IMG/VR virus record: IMGVR_UViG_3300028920_000081
Span: 1 to 56,366 of that record
Strand: one strand, 5' to 3'
Source of the DNA: a virus
Taxonomy: Duplodnaviria; Caudoviricetes
Length of the DNA: 56,366 nucleotides
The notes beneath the pieces were generated by a model. It did no database searches. It was given only the letters and a program-made list of their open reading frames with translations, and was not told the DNA's origin. Shown here piece after piece: positions 39,148 through 48,700 of this stretch. Each line of letters opens with the position of its first letter. The stretch's first letter is position 1. Made by a program: the position numbers and the translations under genes.

Positions 39148-39594
39148 TTATTCTAATAATTTGTTTTTGGTATTTTTATAAGTTTCTACAAGTGCAGTAA
39201 CATTACTTTTTAAAGAACCAACTTCAATCTTACCTGCTACAACTAAATCTTTAACATAAGAAATAAGCATTCCAGCAACTCTACTCGCTTCTGCTTCTTT
39301 TCCATAAGAAGAATTTTTTGTAGGTTCTCCTGGTTTTTCTACTGGAACATGTGGTGTTTCTGTAGGAAGATCTCCTTCATATTTTATCATAGATTGTATA
39401 TTATTATATTGGCCATTAATTTCATAAACTACTTGAACAGCATCTCCTATATTAAAATTTAAATTATCAAAAGTACTAAATATTTTTCCATTTATTTTAA
39501 AAGCAGTTCTTGTATAAGGAGTTTTATCTGAACTTTTAATTCCAGATTTAGAATCCTTTGAAAGAATTTTTCCAATTATTTCAGGCATTTGCAA
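39148..39594 (-). CDS. OB-fold (SSB-like) protein
   Basis: FKINGKIFSTF...IGDAVQVVYE...YNNI; paralogue of 9651..10103. Confidence 0.6.
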   Translation of the reverse strand: MQMPEIIGKILSKDSKSGIKSSDKTPYTRTAFKINGKIFSTFDNLNFNIGDAVQVVYEINGQYNNIQSMIKYEGDLPTETPHVPVEKPGEPTKNSSYGKEAEASRVAGMLISYVKDLVVAGKIEVGSLKSNVTALVETYKNTKNKLLE

Positions 39595-39764
39595 TAAGTA
39601 ATCCTCCCTAAAACTTCTATTTGAACTTTATTGTCTCTTTCTAGGTCCTTTAATTCAGAACGAACATAATACCAGTTAGAACCTATTCCCTTAGCAATTT
39701 CATTAATTGTCTTTAAACTATCTTGTTTTTTTAGAAAATCTAATATCTTATCTTTTATATCCAT
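39576..39764 (-). CDS. Winged-HTH transcription regulator
   Basis: KILDFLK...TINEIAKGIGSNWYYVRSELKDLERDNKV. Confidence 0.8.
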   Translation of the reverse strand: MDIKDKILDFLKKQDSLKTINEIAKGIGSNWYYVRSELKDLERDNKVQIEVLGRITYCKCLK

Positions 39765-39797
39765 TATATAATCCTATGTATAATGGACTTTATAAAT
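39758..39797 (-). promoter_or_regulatory. 40-bp TATA + palindromic operator + ATG, copy 2
   Basis: Exact reverse complement of 13827-13866. Confidence 0.9.
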
Positions 39798-39806
39798 GTT
39801 TTGGAA

Positions 39807-40061
39807 TTACTCTTTTAACATTTTTTTAAGCCTATTATAGTAATTATGATATAAATTAAACTCTTCTATATTTTCTGTTACACTTCTTAACCAATTTCTT
39901 GTAGCTAAATCTGTTTCTTCTTGTTGTCTTTCTGTTTCATTAAGAGAATAATTTTTAGCATATCTATCTAAAGTATTAGCAATATTATCCCCATCATTAA
40001 ATATTCTGTCTATTATCATTTTCATTTCTCCTCTTTTTTCTTTATTTCCTCTCTCATACAT
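39807..40061 (-). CDS. Hypothetical protein (start probably about 40025)
   Basis: Overlapping operon ORF. Confidence 0.5.
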   Translation of the reverse strand: MYERGNKEKRGEMKMIIDRIFNDGDNIANTLDRYAKNYSLNETERQQEETDLATRNWLRSVTENIEEFNLYHNYYNRLKKMLKE

Positions 40062-40384
40062 TTACACATTTCATCAATTCCATTAACTTCTTCTCCACAA
40101 ATGAGACATTTCCACCCTTTCTCCTCAAAACCAAACTTCTCTTTGTTTAGTTTGTCTACTATACTATTTACTAACATTTCAGAAGCATCATCTTTAATAA
40201 ATAAATCTGAAACTCTCTGTTTCAATTCCTTAACAAATTCCTCAACTGCTTTTTTGACATCTTCAGAATAGAATACCTTTTGTTTAAGATTATGTCCTCT
40301 ATTATGAGTATGTTCTTTATCTTTTAATGTAGTTGTATGATTTTGTTGTTTTTCTAATGGTGTTTCTTTTCTTGTGTTATTCAT
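40022..40384 (-). CDS. Hypothetical protein with C-terminal Zn-finger; paralogue of 54631..54897
   Basis: TLKD...VKKAVEE...KFGFEE; CLICG...CKC; start behind GGAGG. Confidence 0.6.
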   Translation of the reverse strand: MNNTRKETPLEKQQNHTTTLKDKEHTHNRGHNLKQKVFYSEDVKKAVEEFVKELKQRVSDLFIKDDASEMLVNSIVDKLNKEKFGFEEKGWKCLICGEEVNGIDEMCKCMREEIKKKEEK

Positions 40385-40575
40385 TTTAAATCCTCCTCTG
40401 TGATGTTGAATCTCTTCATCCATTTCTTAGTTGTTTTGTCCACTTCACTAAAACCCAAATATCCTTCTTCTATAATATCTTCTTTTATCCACTTGATTGC
40501 TTCTGCTCTTAATTCTTTTCTTTTAACTTCTCCATGCCAAGAAGTTAAATCATTTAATGTTTTAAGTTCTGTCAT
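40381..40575 (-). CDS. Small hypothetical protein, KTLxDL...EAIK...ITEEDL family
   Basis: Paralogue of 41120..41350. Confidence 0.7.
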   Translation of the reverse strand: MTELKTLNDLTSWHGEVKRKELRAEAIKWIKEDIIEEGYLGFSEVDKTTKKWMKRFNITEEDLK

Positions 40576-40580
40576 TTTAT

Positions 40581-40841
40581 TTAGTCATACAAATAGTTAT
40601 ACAAAGTATTTAAATGTTTTGCTATTTTTTTTCCTAATGGAGTTATATTAATAGTTAATTCTCTACCTTTTTTTGTTGTAGTTACAAATCCTTTTTCAAT
40701 AAATAGTTTTAAAACTTTTCTTCCAGAAGCTTCTGTGAAAAATTCCCTACTTAATCTCGTGAAGTTTTTAACTACGCCTTTTTTATCATTTAGGTATAAT
40801 TTTATTAACAATTCTGTTCTTTTTTTATTTAGTATTTCCAT
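40581..40841 (-). CDS. Winged-HTH (MarR/ArnR-like) protein
   Basis: LFIEKGFVTTTKKGRE...ITPLGKKIA. Confidence 0.7.
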   Translation of the reverse strand: MEILNKKRTELLIKLYLNDKKGVVKNFTRLSREFFTEASGRKVLKLFIEKGFVTTTKKGRELTINITPLGKKIAKHLNTLYNYLYD

Positions 40842-41145
40842 TTCTTAAATCTATTAGTTTATTTATGAGTATAAATTCTTCCCTAATTGGATCTCTTTCA
40901 AAAACTTCTCTAAAAACATCTAAAGCAAATCTAACATCATCTTCAATTTTAGTATCTATCTGTTCTTTATCTTTTATCTTTTCCAATTCTTGTAATGAAA
41001 TAATTTTCTTCTTCTTCTTATCTAAATAAACAATATCCCCTTTTTTTATTTTTCCTTTGAAAGAAAATTCATTAAACCACTCCTGTCCATCATATATGTT
41101 TATTTTTCCTTTTGCTTCTTTAAGGGCCACAACTTTTATTTCCAT
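40825..41145 (-). CDS. Hypothetical protein (possible OB-like N-terminus)
   Basis: IYDGQEWFN...IKKGDIVYL; GGAGG SD. Confidence 0.55.
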   Translation of the reverse strand: MEIKVVALKEAKGKINIYDGQEWFNEFSFKGKIKKGDIVYLDKKKKKIISLQELEKIKDKEQIDTKIEDDVRFALDVFREVFERDPIREEFILINKLIDLRNGNTK

Positions 41146-41350
41146 TTAAATCCTCCTCAGTTATATCAAATTTAACTAAAATATAATCAATAGCAGTCAT
41201 CTTCTTAACTCTTTCATTTCTTAAATCTTTGATTGCTTCTTTTTTTAAATCTTTATGAAAATACTCTTGTATAATTTGTATTAACTCTTTCATATCTTTA
41301 TCCTTTTCTGTTATATTAAACCTTAAATCCTTTAATGTTTTTATTTCCAT
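41120..41350 (-). CDS. Small hypothetical protein, KTLxDL...EAIK...ITEEDL family
   Basis: Paralogue of 40381..40575. Confidence 0.7.
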   Translation of the reverse strand: MEIKTLKDLRFNITEKDKDMKELIQIIQEYFHKDLKKEAIKDLRNERVKKMTAIDYILVKFDITEEDLNGNKSCGP

Positions 41351-41633
41351 TTTTTACCCCCATTCTTTTATGTTGTCTTTTAAAATCTTGAGTATCTCTA
41401 ATTTCCTTTAAAATTACATTAGAAGTTATCTTTTTAGCAGCAAAAAGTTTAACATCAAAGTGCCTTAAAATTAACTTTTGTAATTCCCTTAAAAAAATTT
41501 TATTCTCCCCTTGAACACCACAGGTTAATGTAAAATGAGTATTTGAATTTCTAAATTTTAATGTTCCAGATTTATTGAAGTTATGCTTACTTCTTAAGGA
41601 TATTATCATTATATATCTCTCCTGCATTTCCAA
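41316..41633 (-). CDS. Hypothetical protein
   Basis: Overlapping operon ORF. Confidence 0.5.
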   Translation of the reverse strand: MEMQERYIMIISLRSKHNFNKSGTLKFRNSNTHFTLTCGVQGENKIFLRELQKLILRHFDVKLFAAKKITSNVILKEIRDTQDFKRQHKRMGVKNGNKNIKGFKV

Positions 41634-41890
41634 AATATAGTTTTTTTGTTTGTAATAGGGCAGAGATCTTTTTTGTAAAAGATAACAACCCCCATTTTTC
41701 TTAACTCATAGATTCTTGGAACAACTGAATTTATTGGAAGTCCTATTTTTTCTGCTATCATAGTATTATTAGCAGTTTTTAATTCTCTAAGAACTCTAAA
41801 TACTTCTTTTTGTCTTTCCCCTAATTGTTCTAAAACATCTGCATAAGCTAATAAACTTGTATCCCTCATCTTATGTTTTTTATGTTCCAT
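41609..41890 (-). CDS. Winged-HTH protein
   Basis: LGERQKEVFRVL...IAEKIGLPINSVVPRIYELRKMGVV. Confidence 0.8.
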   Translation of the reverse strand: MEHKKHKMRDTSLLAYADVLEQLGERQKEVFRVLRELKTANNTMIAEKIGLPINSVVPRIYELRKMGVVIFYKKDLCPITNKKTIFWKCRRDI

Positions 41891-42795
41891 TATAATTTTA
41901 CCTGTTCCTCAACTAATTTAACTTGTTTTTCTTGATAATCTTCATTTAAATCATTATTAACCCACAATTCTTTTGGAGTCCAATTTTCCATTATGTATGG
42001 TAATTCTTCCCACTCTTTGCTTCTTTCAGTAATTCCCTTAAGTAAATTCCCAAAAGTTTCCTCACTTCCTGTATATCTGTTCTTATAAATTGCTTTTAAA
42101 TCATAACTCCAACCCAAGTCATCAAGTAGTTTCTTCCCTCTTTTATGAATTTCATCAATAATTTCCATTCTCGTATAAAACTCCCCTTTTTCATCGGGGT
42201 GTCCCATTCTCATTATTTCTAAAATTCTTTGTGGAGTTTCCTTGCTTAAATCATATCCAAATCTTTTCATAAGAGATTTTCTCATATCTTCTTCTGAATA
42301 AAATAACTCACTATCTTTTAATTTATCTACCTTAGGAGCATTTTCAAATTCCCATTTTTTTAGAGTATTTAATTTTTGCAGTTTTTTTGTTAGGTTTTGT
42401 ATTTCTTCCTTAAGTTCTTGCCTTGCTCTTTCAATACTTCTCTTATCTATGTCTATACTCCACTCCTCGTGCCTTATTATTCTATCTTTATCGGATTCAA
42501 ATTCCTTATTATTATAAGGGATTTCTACAAGAAATATGTTTTCTTCTTTATATCCTTTCTCTTTTAATTCTTGTTTCATTTCCTTTATTAGAAATTTTAG
42601 CTTTGCTTCCTTATCATTTTCATCACCCTCAAAGTTATTTCCTGCTCCCCCAGATGAGTGATAGATACACATATCCCCCATAATTCTGCAATTCCAATCT
42701 TCTTTTAAATCACTATCTATCCCTCTAATTACTTGAATTACTGCTCTCTTATCGTGTTTTATTGTTTCTGTTTTTAAGCTGTTTTCAATAGGCAT
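41890..42795 (-). CDS. Hypothetical protein, 301 aa, central coiled coil
   Basis: Long ORF in operon; no motif recognised. Confidence 0.65.
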   Translation of the reverse strand: MPIENSLKTETIKHDKRAVIQVIRGIDSDLKEDWNCRIMGDMCIYHSSGGAGNNFEGDENDKEAKLKFLIKEMKQELKEKGYKEENIFLVEIPYNNKEFESDKDRIIRHEEWSIDIDKRSIERARQELKEEIQNLTKKLQKLNTLKKWEFENAPKVDKLKDSELFYSEEDMRKSLMKRFGYDLSKETPQRILEIMRMGHPDEKGEFYTRMEIIDEIHKRGKKLLDDLGWSYDLKAIYKNRYTGSEETFGNLLKGITERSKEWEELPYIMENWTPKELWVNNDLNEDYQEKQVKLVEEQVKL

Positions 42796-43106
42796 TTTTC
42801 TTCCTCACTTATAAAATTTTTAATTAAAACTTTCTTTTCTTCCAAGATATTTGTTATTTCTTTTATCTTGTATTCTGTGAAATTTCTTCTTTGATAAAGA
42901 ATTTTAATCTTATCTACTAATTCCTTTATCTCTAATCCCTTAATTTCTTGCTTAAATCTCCATTTCATTAAGCTAAATCTTCCTTTTGGTTTCTTCCTAT
43001 ATCTTTGTCTATACTTATCTCTACATTTATTTGAACAAACTTTTCCTAATTTGGTGTGATATTTATTACACTCAACGCATCTTTTTGGTGGTTTTAATCT
43101 TCCCAT
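42774..43106 (-). CDS. Zn-finger protein
   Basis: CVEC...CSNKCRDKYR. Confidence 0.6.
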   Translation of the reverse strand: MGRLKPPKRCVECNKYHTKLGKVCSNKCRDKYRQRYRKKPKGRFSLMKWRFKQEIKGLEIKELVDKIKILYQRRNFTEYKIKEITNILEEKKVLIKNFISEEEKCLLKTA

Positions 43107-43327
43107 AGTTCATCTACCTCTTTTACTATTATGTTTTCTATCTTCACATTATATTCATCTGCAAGTTCTTTGATTATCTCTTTTTCTGAAGAATATCTTA
43201 TGTTTGTTTGTATAGTTAGGGGGAAAGTAACTTCATCATCAAAGTCATCACTATTTTCAACTGCATAAACCCCCTCTTTCTTTCTTATAATCAATTTCTT
43301 TTCAGATTTGAATAAAGTTACTTGCAT
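43094..43327 (-). CDS. Acidic hypothetical protein
   Basis: Operon ORF. Confidence 0.55.
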   Translation of the reverse strand: MQVTLFKSEKKLIIRKKEGVYAVENSDDFDDEVTFPLTIQTNIRYSSEKEIIKELADEYNVKIENIIVKEVDELWED

Positions 43328-43782
43328 TATTTCATCTCCACGCAGAATAACCGATTTTGATCAATCATGCAATAACCCTCATCTGCATAAACAAAAGCTA
43401 CTCTATGTGCTATTCCACCTTTTTCGTAAATTCTTTTAGTTGTAGCATTAACTCCTCTTTGATTTGCTAAATCTTGGTATAACATAGCCCAATTTCTACA
43501 ATCCCCACCCTCATCTATTAACTCTTTTAGTGTCATATTTCTACTATCTTCTTGGGATTTAAATTTGTAAATTGTTTTTACATAATCATTTAAACAACTT
43601 GCAGTTTCAAAGAAAGTTAGATTATAGCAACCACCAAATTCTGTTTCCTTAAAAACTTCATTAGGATATTTGATTACTTCTTCATCACAAACTTTGAAAT
43701 AATTTGCTATTAACCCTATCTGCATTACTACCACAACTGCTAAAATTACTAAAATTATTTTATCTATTTTCATTTTCCTCAT
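43327..43782 (-). CDS. Membrane-anchored transglutaminase-like Cys protease
   Basis: N-terminal TM; GGDCRNWA, AHRVAFV, CMIDQ (Cys-His-Asp). Confidence 0.7.
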   Translation of the reverse strand: MRKMKIDKIILVILAVVVVMQIGLIANYFKVCDEEVIKYPNEVFKETEFGGCYNLTFFETASCLNDYVKTIYKFKSQEDSRNMTLKELIDEGGDCRNWAMLYQDLANQRGVNATTKRIYEKGGIAHRVAFVYADEGYCMIDQNRLFCVEMK

Positions 43783-44938
43783 CTTTTTGTGTCATGTCAT
43801 TTTGGCACTTAGTTTTAATTCTATAAAATTGCCTACGAGAATACCCTGTTTCATCAGTAAATTTCTGTTGTGCTTCTTTTATAGTATTGCTCTCTTGAAG
43901 AAACTTCTTAAGCAAATATAATCTTTCATCTCTTTTAAACAAGTTCTTTGATAGTTCTTTCCAATTTTCTTTATCTGCTATATACAAATCATATAGTTTA
44001 ATCAGAGTCCTAAAGTTTAAGTCCTTTACACTTTCATCTATGCTTTCTTGTAAAAAATTGAAGATTTCTTGTCTTTTCTCTAAAGTTAAGTTCTTATAAG
44101 GTATCTTAACAAATTCTGCTAATATCTGAAGTATCTCTGAATAGCTAAAGTTAATCTCATAAACTAAACTTCTACTTAATAATGCCTTAACTAACTCATC
44201 ATTTTCATTTGGTTTCTTGTTTAGTAGGAAAAACATTTTTCCAGTAAATTCAAATTGATGTGGGGCTTTCAATCTCTTATCTGTTGTAAGGTATGAAATA
44301 ATCCTTTTGTTGTTTTTACCAATACCCCATAATCCCCCTTTTAGAAGATTAATGAACTTACTTCCTAAACTAAAAATTCCCTCAACATCATCTAAAACAA
44401 TAGTTTTATCTTTATGTTCATATAAGAAATTGATAAATTCTACACAAGTAGTATAATTACTTAGATAAACATAATCTACTTTTTCTTCCTTTAATGTGCT
44501 TAATACCTGAGTTGTTTTCCCATATCCACCACTACTCACAACAAATAAACTATTAAGATAACCTTTACTTTTAGCTACTGCTTTTACATAATTCTTTAGA
44601 TTTCCAAAGTATTTTTCTAAATCTGCATTTTTGTTTTTAGAAATTTCCTTGATTTCATTATCTAATTTCTGTTGTGCTTCTGCTTGTTCTAAAACAAATT
44701 GTTCTTTTTCTGCTTTGCTTACTTCTTCTTTCTCTTGCTTAATTCCTTTCTCTTTTTTCTTTGGTTCTATTGTATTTTCAATCCCTTTAGAAGTGCTTAA
44801 TGTTAAAACCACTTCTTTTATAGCATTAAAGTTTTCTTCATCTGTTAGTGATTTATCTATTAAACTTTCTGTATCTATCAAATCTGTTTCAACATTATAC
44901 TCTTTACATAGCTTCTCAATTTTTTCTTTAATCTTCAT
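43760..44938 (-). CDS. AAA+ ATPase with C-terminal HTH
   Basis: Walker A SSGGYGKT, Walker B IVLDDVE, ALLSRS Arg finger, ETGYSRRQFYRIK HTH. Confidence 0.8.
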   Translation of the reverse strand: MKIKEKIEKLCKEYNVETDLIDTESLIDKSLTDEENFNAIKEVVLTLSTSKGIENTIEPKKKEKGIKQEKEEVSKAEKEQFVLEQAEAQQKLDNEIKEISKNKNADLEKYFGNLKNYVKAVAKSKGYLNSLFVVSSGGYGKTTQVLSTLKEEKVDYVYLSNYTTCVEFINFLYEHKDKTIVLDDVEGIFSLGSKFINLLKGGLWGIGKNNKRIISYLTTDKRLKAPHQFEFTGKMFFLLNKKPNENDELVKALLSRSLVYEINFSYSEILQILAEFVKIPYKNLTLEKRQEIFNFLQESIDESVKDLNFRTLIKLYDLYIADKENWKELSKNLFKRDERLYLLKKFLQESNTIKEAQQKFTDETGYSRRQFYRIKTKCQNDMTQKDEENENR

Positions 44939-45113
44939 CTTCTTCGTACTCCTCTTTAGTTAATGCTCTAACACAAAAATCAAAATCTTCCGAGTAAGAA
45001 TTTAAAAATGTATTTATCATCTCTTTTTCCACTCTATTGTGAGTTTCAAATTCCTCTCCAGTTTCTTTGTCTATTAAAACAACAACCCAATATCTTAAGT
45101 GTTCTTTACTCAT
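44928..45113 (-). CDS. Small acidic hypothetical protein
   Basis: Operon ORF with SD. Confidence 0.55.
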   Translation of the reverse strand: MSKEHLRYWVVVLIDKETGEEFETHNRVEKEMINTFLNSYSEDFDFCVRALTKEEYEEDED

Positions 45114-45200
45114 TTTCTATTAACTCCCTTGATTTTCTTTCAAAATCTCTTTCTCTTGCTTCTTCCAATAAATAATCCTCTTGTTCTGCATTTAGTTCTA

Positions 45201-45971
45201 TCATTTTTTACCCCCATTAAGACACATAGAGAAAGGATTTGACTCCTCTCTCTTATGTGTTTGGCTACTTACAACTCCATTTCTAATTTGGCTTACAAAA
45301 CTTTTCAGTAGTTGTTTCTTTTCCTCAATTACTGAGTCTTGTGTTACAAGATTTTTGTAACTATTAAGAAATTCTTTGGCTTGTTCTACATATTCTAATT
45401 TGTTTAGTTCTTTACCCTCGTGTTCTATTATCTCTTTTAATCTGCTTACTTCCTCGTTATTACTATAAGAGTTAAATGGTATTTCAACATAAATCAAGTC
45501 CTCTTTATTGTTTAACATAATAACTAAATGCTCTTTTCCTCTAATCACTAATTTACATATAGCATAGTAATCTGTTAAACTTTCTTTGAAAGAATAGAAA
45601 GTTTTAAAGTCAGATTTCTTATATCCTTTGGCTATGCTTGGTAACAGAATCTTTGAATTTTTAACATAAGGAAAGATATTACTAATGGTATCTTTTCCTA
45701 ATTTCTTAATTCCTAATACTTCTAATCTTCCATTTTCAAGCAATTCCTTTAGTTTATTTTCTTGTTCTTTTGAAAGTATTGTGTCCTTATCTAATCCCTT
45801 AAGAATATCATTTCCTAAAAGTTCTTTATCGCAATTCTTACAATATTTCTTATATCCTACCCTTGCTTTACAACACTCGCTAAATTGATGAAGTGATGAA
45901 TAACCACTTTGATTATTGTAAAGATTTAATGTCATTACAGGTATTTTTATTAGTCCTATTTGTATCTGCAT
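45201..45971 (-). CDS. ku: Ku-like DNA end-binding protein
   Basis: IGLIKIPV...LHQF...RVGYKKYCKNCDKEL...DILKG and AICKLVIRGKEHLVIM match the prokaryotic Ku core. Confidence 0.8.
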   Translation of the reverse strand: MQIQIGLIKIPVMTLNLYNNQSGYSSLHQFSECCKARVGYKKYCKNCDKELLGNDILKGLDKDTILSKEQENKLKELLENGRLEVLGIKKLGKDTISNIFPYVKNSKILLPSIAKGYKKSDFKTFYSFKESLTDYYAICKLVIRGKEHLVIMLNNKEDLIYVEIPFNSYSNNEEVSRLKEIIEHEGKELNKLEYVEQAKEFLNSYKNLVTQDSVIEEKKQLLKSFVSQIRNGVVSSQTHKREESNPFSMCLNGGKK

Positions 45972-45972
45972 T

Positions 45973-47438
45973 TTATAACTCCTCTATAATTTTTTGTTTA
46001 AATTCTTCTATCCTATGTCCTCTTTCGCATAGTTCTATTAACTTATCCTTACAACTTACTTCGTCAGGATAGGTATCCATTAACCACTCTGAATATAAGT
46101 CCATAATTCTATCAGTAAAACTTAAACTCATTTTTGTAACTCCTTTAAACACTCGTAGCAAATCCTTAATTCTACCATAGTTTCTGAATCGTCATAAGGG
46201 TATGTTTTATTTACTTCTTTGTTACAGAATTGACATTTTTCCATTTTTCTCTATTTACCTCAAGTTGTTTAATTTTTTCCTTAAGTGCCTTAAATTGTTC
46301 TTCAGTTAAGATAGTTATATGACTAAGGTTATGAAATCCCTCATCAAGATAGTCATTTAAATCATCTTCGTCCTTAAATTCTTCCTCAAATATATCAACC
46401 CTTTCGTCTAAGGCATTTGTTTCAATAAAATATCTGTTTATCATCTTGAATTTTGTATGATTAACCTATCTAAATTAACCTCAAGGTAATCATTTAGTTT
46501 ATTTGGATTTTTTTCTAATGCTTTGAAAGTTTCAGTATCTAAAAACTTCTTAAGCAAGTTTATTTTTTCTTCTTTTGTTAAGTTCATTTTCTACTCCCTA
46601 ATTTTTCAAGCAGTTTTTTATTTTCTACTTCTTCAAGAGTCAGTATAACTCCCCCTAATTGTTCTAAACAATTTAGATTAAATATCGTAGCAGGTAAGTT
46701 GTATTTTTCCAAAACTTCTTTAATTTTATCCTTTAAAGCATACGAAATATAACCATTTCTATCCTTGTGCAGTTTTTCCCATAGTGGATTATTTACCTTA
46801 AATGGTTCTATACTCCACTCGGTTAATAAATAATAAGTTTTCATAGTTCCCTCACTCCTAAAAACTCAAAAATAGATTTTTTAGGTTTAATTTTATTAAA
46901 GTCCTTTCCAAATTTTCTTATTTTCTCTTGCTCTATTAAGTTTAAGACATCTTCATAAGTGTTTATAATATCCTCACATCTCTTTTTTAATATCGGTTCT
47001 TCTTCTGCCTTGTCCTTAAAATATTCTATTTTTCTTTGAATTTTTATTATTAATTCTTTCATTTTTGGTCTTGCTCCTTATCCCACTCTTTTAAAAGAAT
47101 ATCTTGTATTTTATTGAAAACCTCAACATTTGTTATTTCTTTTTTAAAGTGATAATTCTTACTTTTTAATTCTATAATATATTTTTCTTTCATTATAATA
47201 CCTCAAATGTAGTAAATCCATTTTTACTCACTGCTTTAAAGTGTGTGTCATCTATTTTAAAAAACTCATTTTCTAATCCTAAAATAAACTTAGGTGTGCA
47301 GAATCCATATCTTTTATCCTTGTTTATATAAAACTTCTGAACTTCCCACTCTCTAACTTTTAAAGGATTTTTCCATTTATATTTTACTTTCTTATGGTGT
47401 GTTTCTTTCTTAAATCTATTAAAACTTATTTCTTTCAT
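45973..47438 (-). other. Cluster of small hypothetical early genes (45973..46161, 46211..46444, 46584..46844, 46841..47062, 47193..47438 and shorter ORFs)
   Basis: Dense co-oriented 40-90 aa ORFs with GAGG/GGAG SD-like motifs. Confidence 0.6.
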
Positions 47439-47764
47439 TTTATTTTTATTCCTCTGTGTCTAAATCTTCCCAAAAATTACCCATTTTAAAAACCCTCAAA
47501 TACTAATTTAATTAACTTTACAAATTCTTTAATTTCTTCTTTTTTAAACTCCTCGTGCCTATCTAAAATGTCTGTAACTGCTAAATAAACTTCTCTTAAT
47601 CTTCCTTTAATCATTTTAAACACTCCTTAATTCTTAATTCCATAGCTTGTTTTAAGCTCAAAACTACAATTTTTAATCTTAAAAAATCACTTTCCTTTAT
47701 ATGATTTCCAAAATATAAACTCTTTATAAGTTCAAAATCCTTATTTATTTGTTTTTCTTCCATT

Positions 47765-48130
47765 TTAATAACCCCTTATAATAAACCCTTCGTCTAAGTC
47801 ATCACCCAATTTAATTAAAGTTGTTTTGTTTCTTATTTCTTCCTCTATTATCTTTGAAATATCCCCTTCTCCATTTTCTTTTAAATCTTGTATTTTTTCG
47901 TTTATCTCGTCTGTTGTATAATAATTATTTAAGTATTCTTCAATGTTTCCATATTCGCAAAACTCACAACATAAAGCTATAATGTCCAGTTCTAATTCCT
48001 CTCCTGTATCTTCCTCGTAATCTTCCAAATAATCAAATAATACTCTTTTACCCTCATAACTAAAATTGTTATCTCTATTCATCTGTTTAAATCTATCGCA
48101 AAATTGACTAAAATTTACTTCTTCTTTCAT
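47765..48130 (-). CDS. Very acidic conserved phage early protein (possible DNA mimic)
   Basis: FSYEGKRVLFDYLEDYEEDTGEELELDIIALCCEFCEY. Confidence 0.6.
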   Translation of the reverse strand: MKEEVNFSQFCDRFKQMNRDNNFSYEGKRVLFDYLEDYEEDTGEELELDIIALCCEFCEYGNIEEYLNNYYTTDEINEKIQDLKENGEGDISKIIEEEIRNKTTLIKLGDDLDEGFIIRGY

Positions 48131-48254
48131 TTTGAAACCTCAATATTTATTTTATAATCCCTATCATCTGTTAATTCTTCCATAATTAACTTTATGACTT
48201 CTTCTTTTGAGAGTTGTTTTAAGTCGTAGCACTTATTTATATATACTAAATCTA

Positions 48255-48548
48255 TCATTTTAACCACCTCTTAAATTTATTATAACTTCCTTGTTTGTTT
48301 TCTGTAAATCCAACAATATACCCTAACATTTCCCACTTATTAATAAAAAACTTCTGTTCAGAAATACAACTTTTTAAATCAACTAAGCTAATACTAATAG
48401 CTCCCCTTATATCTTGCTTTCCAAACTCTACTCTTTTAATTAATTTTGGATTAAATAACTCGGCAAATTCTTTTAATTTACTTAGGTAATAGTTCTTATA
48501 ATCCCCAGTAATTCTTATATTTAAAATTGCAGTTTCCATTTTAAGCAA
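48255..48548 (-). CDS. Hypothetical protein
   Basis: Co-oriented early ORF. Confidence 0.55.
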   Translation of the reverse strand: MLKMETAILNIRITGDYKNYYLSKLKEFAELFNPKLIKRVEFGKQDIRGAISISLVDLKSCISEQKFFINKWEMLGYIVGFTENKQGSYNKFKRWLK

Positions 48549-48700
48549 AAACCTTTATGCTAAAATTGGGCATAATCCCAACTTCTGCACTATTAAAGTT
48601 CTTATTGTATTTAATTCTTGAAAGTTCTATAAACTTTCTTAAGTCAGCTAAGCCAACCCTTTTGTTTTGTCTTTTGTAAGCCATTTTATTTCTTATTTTT

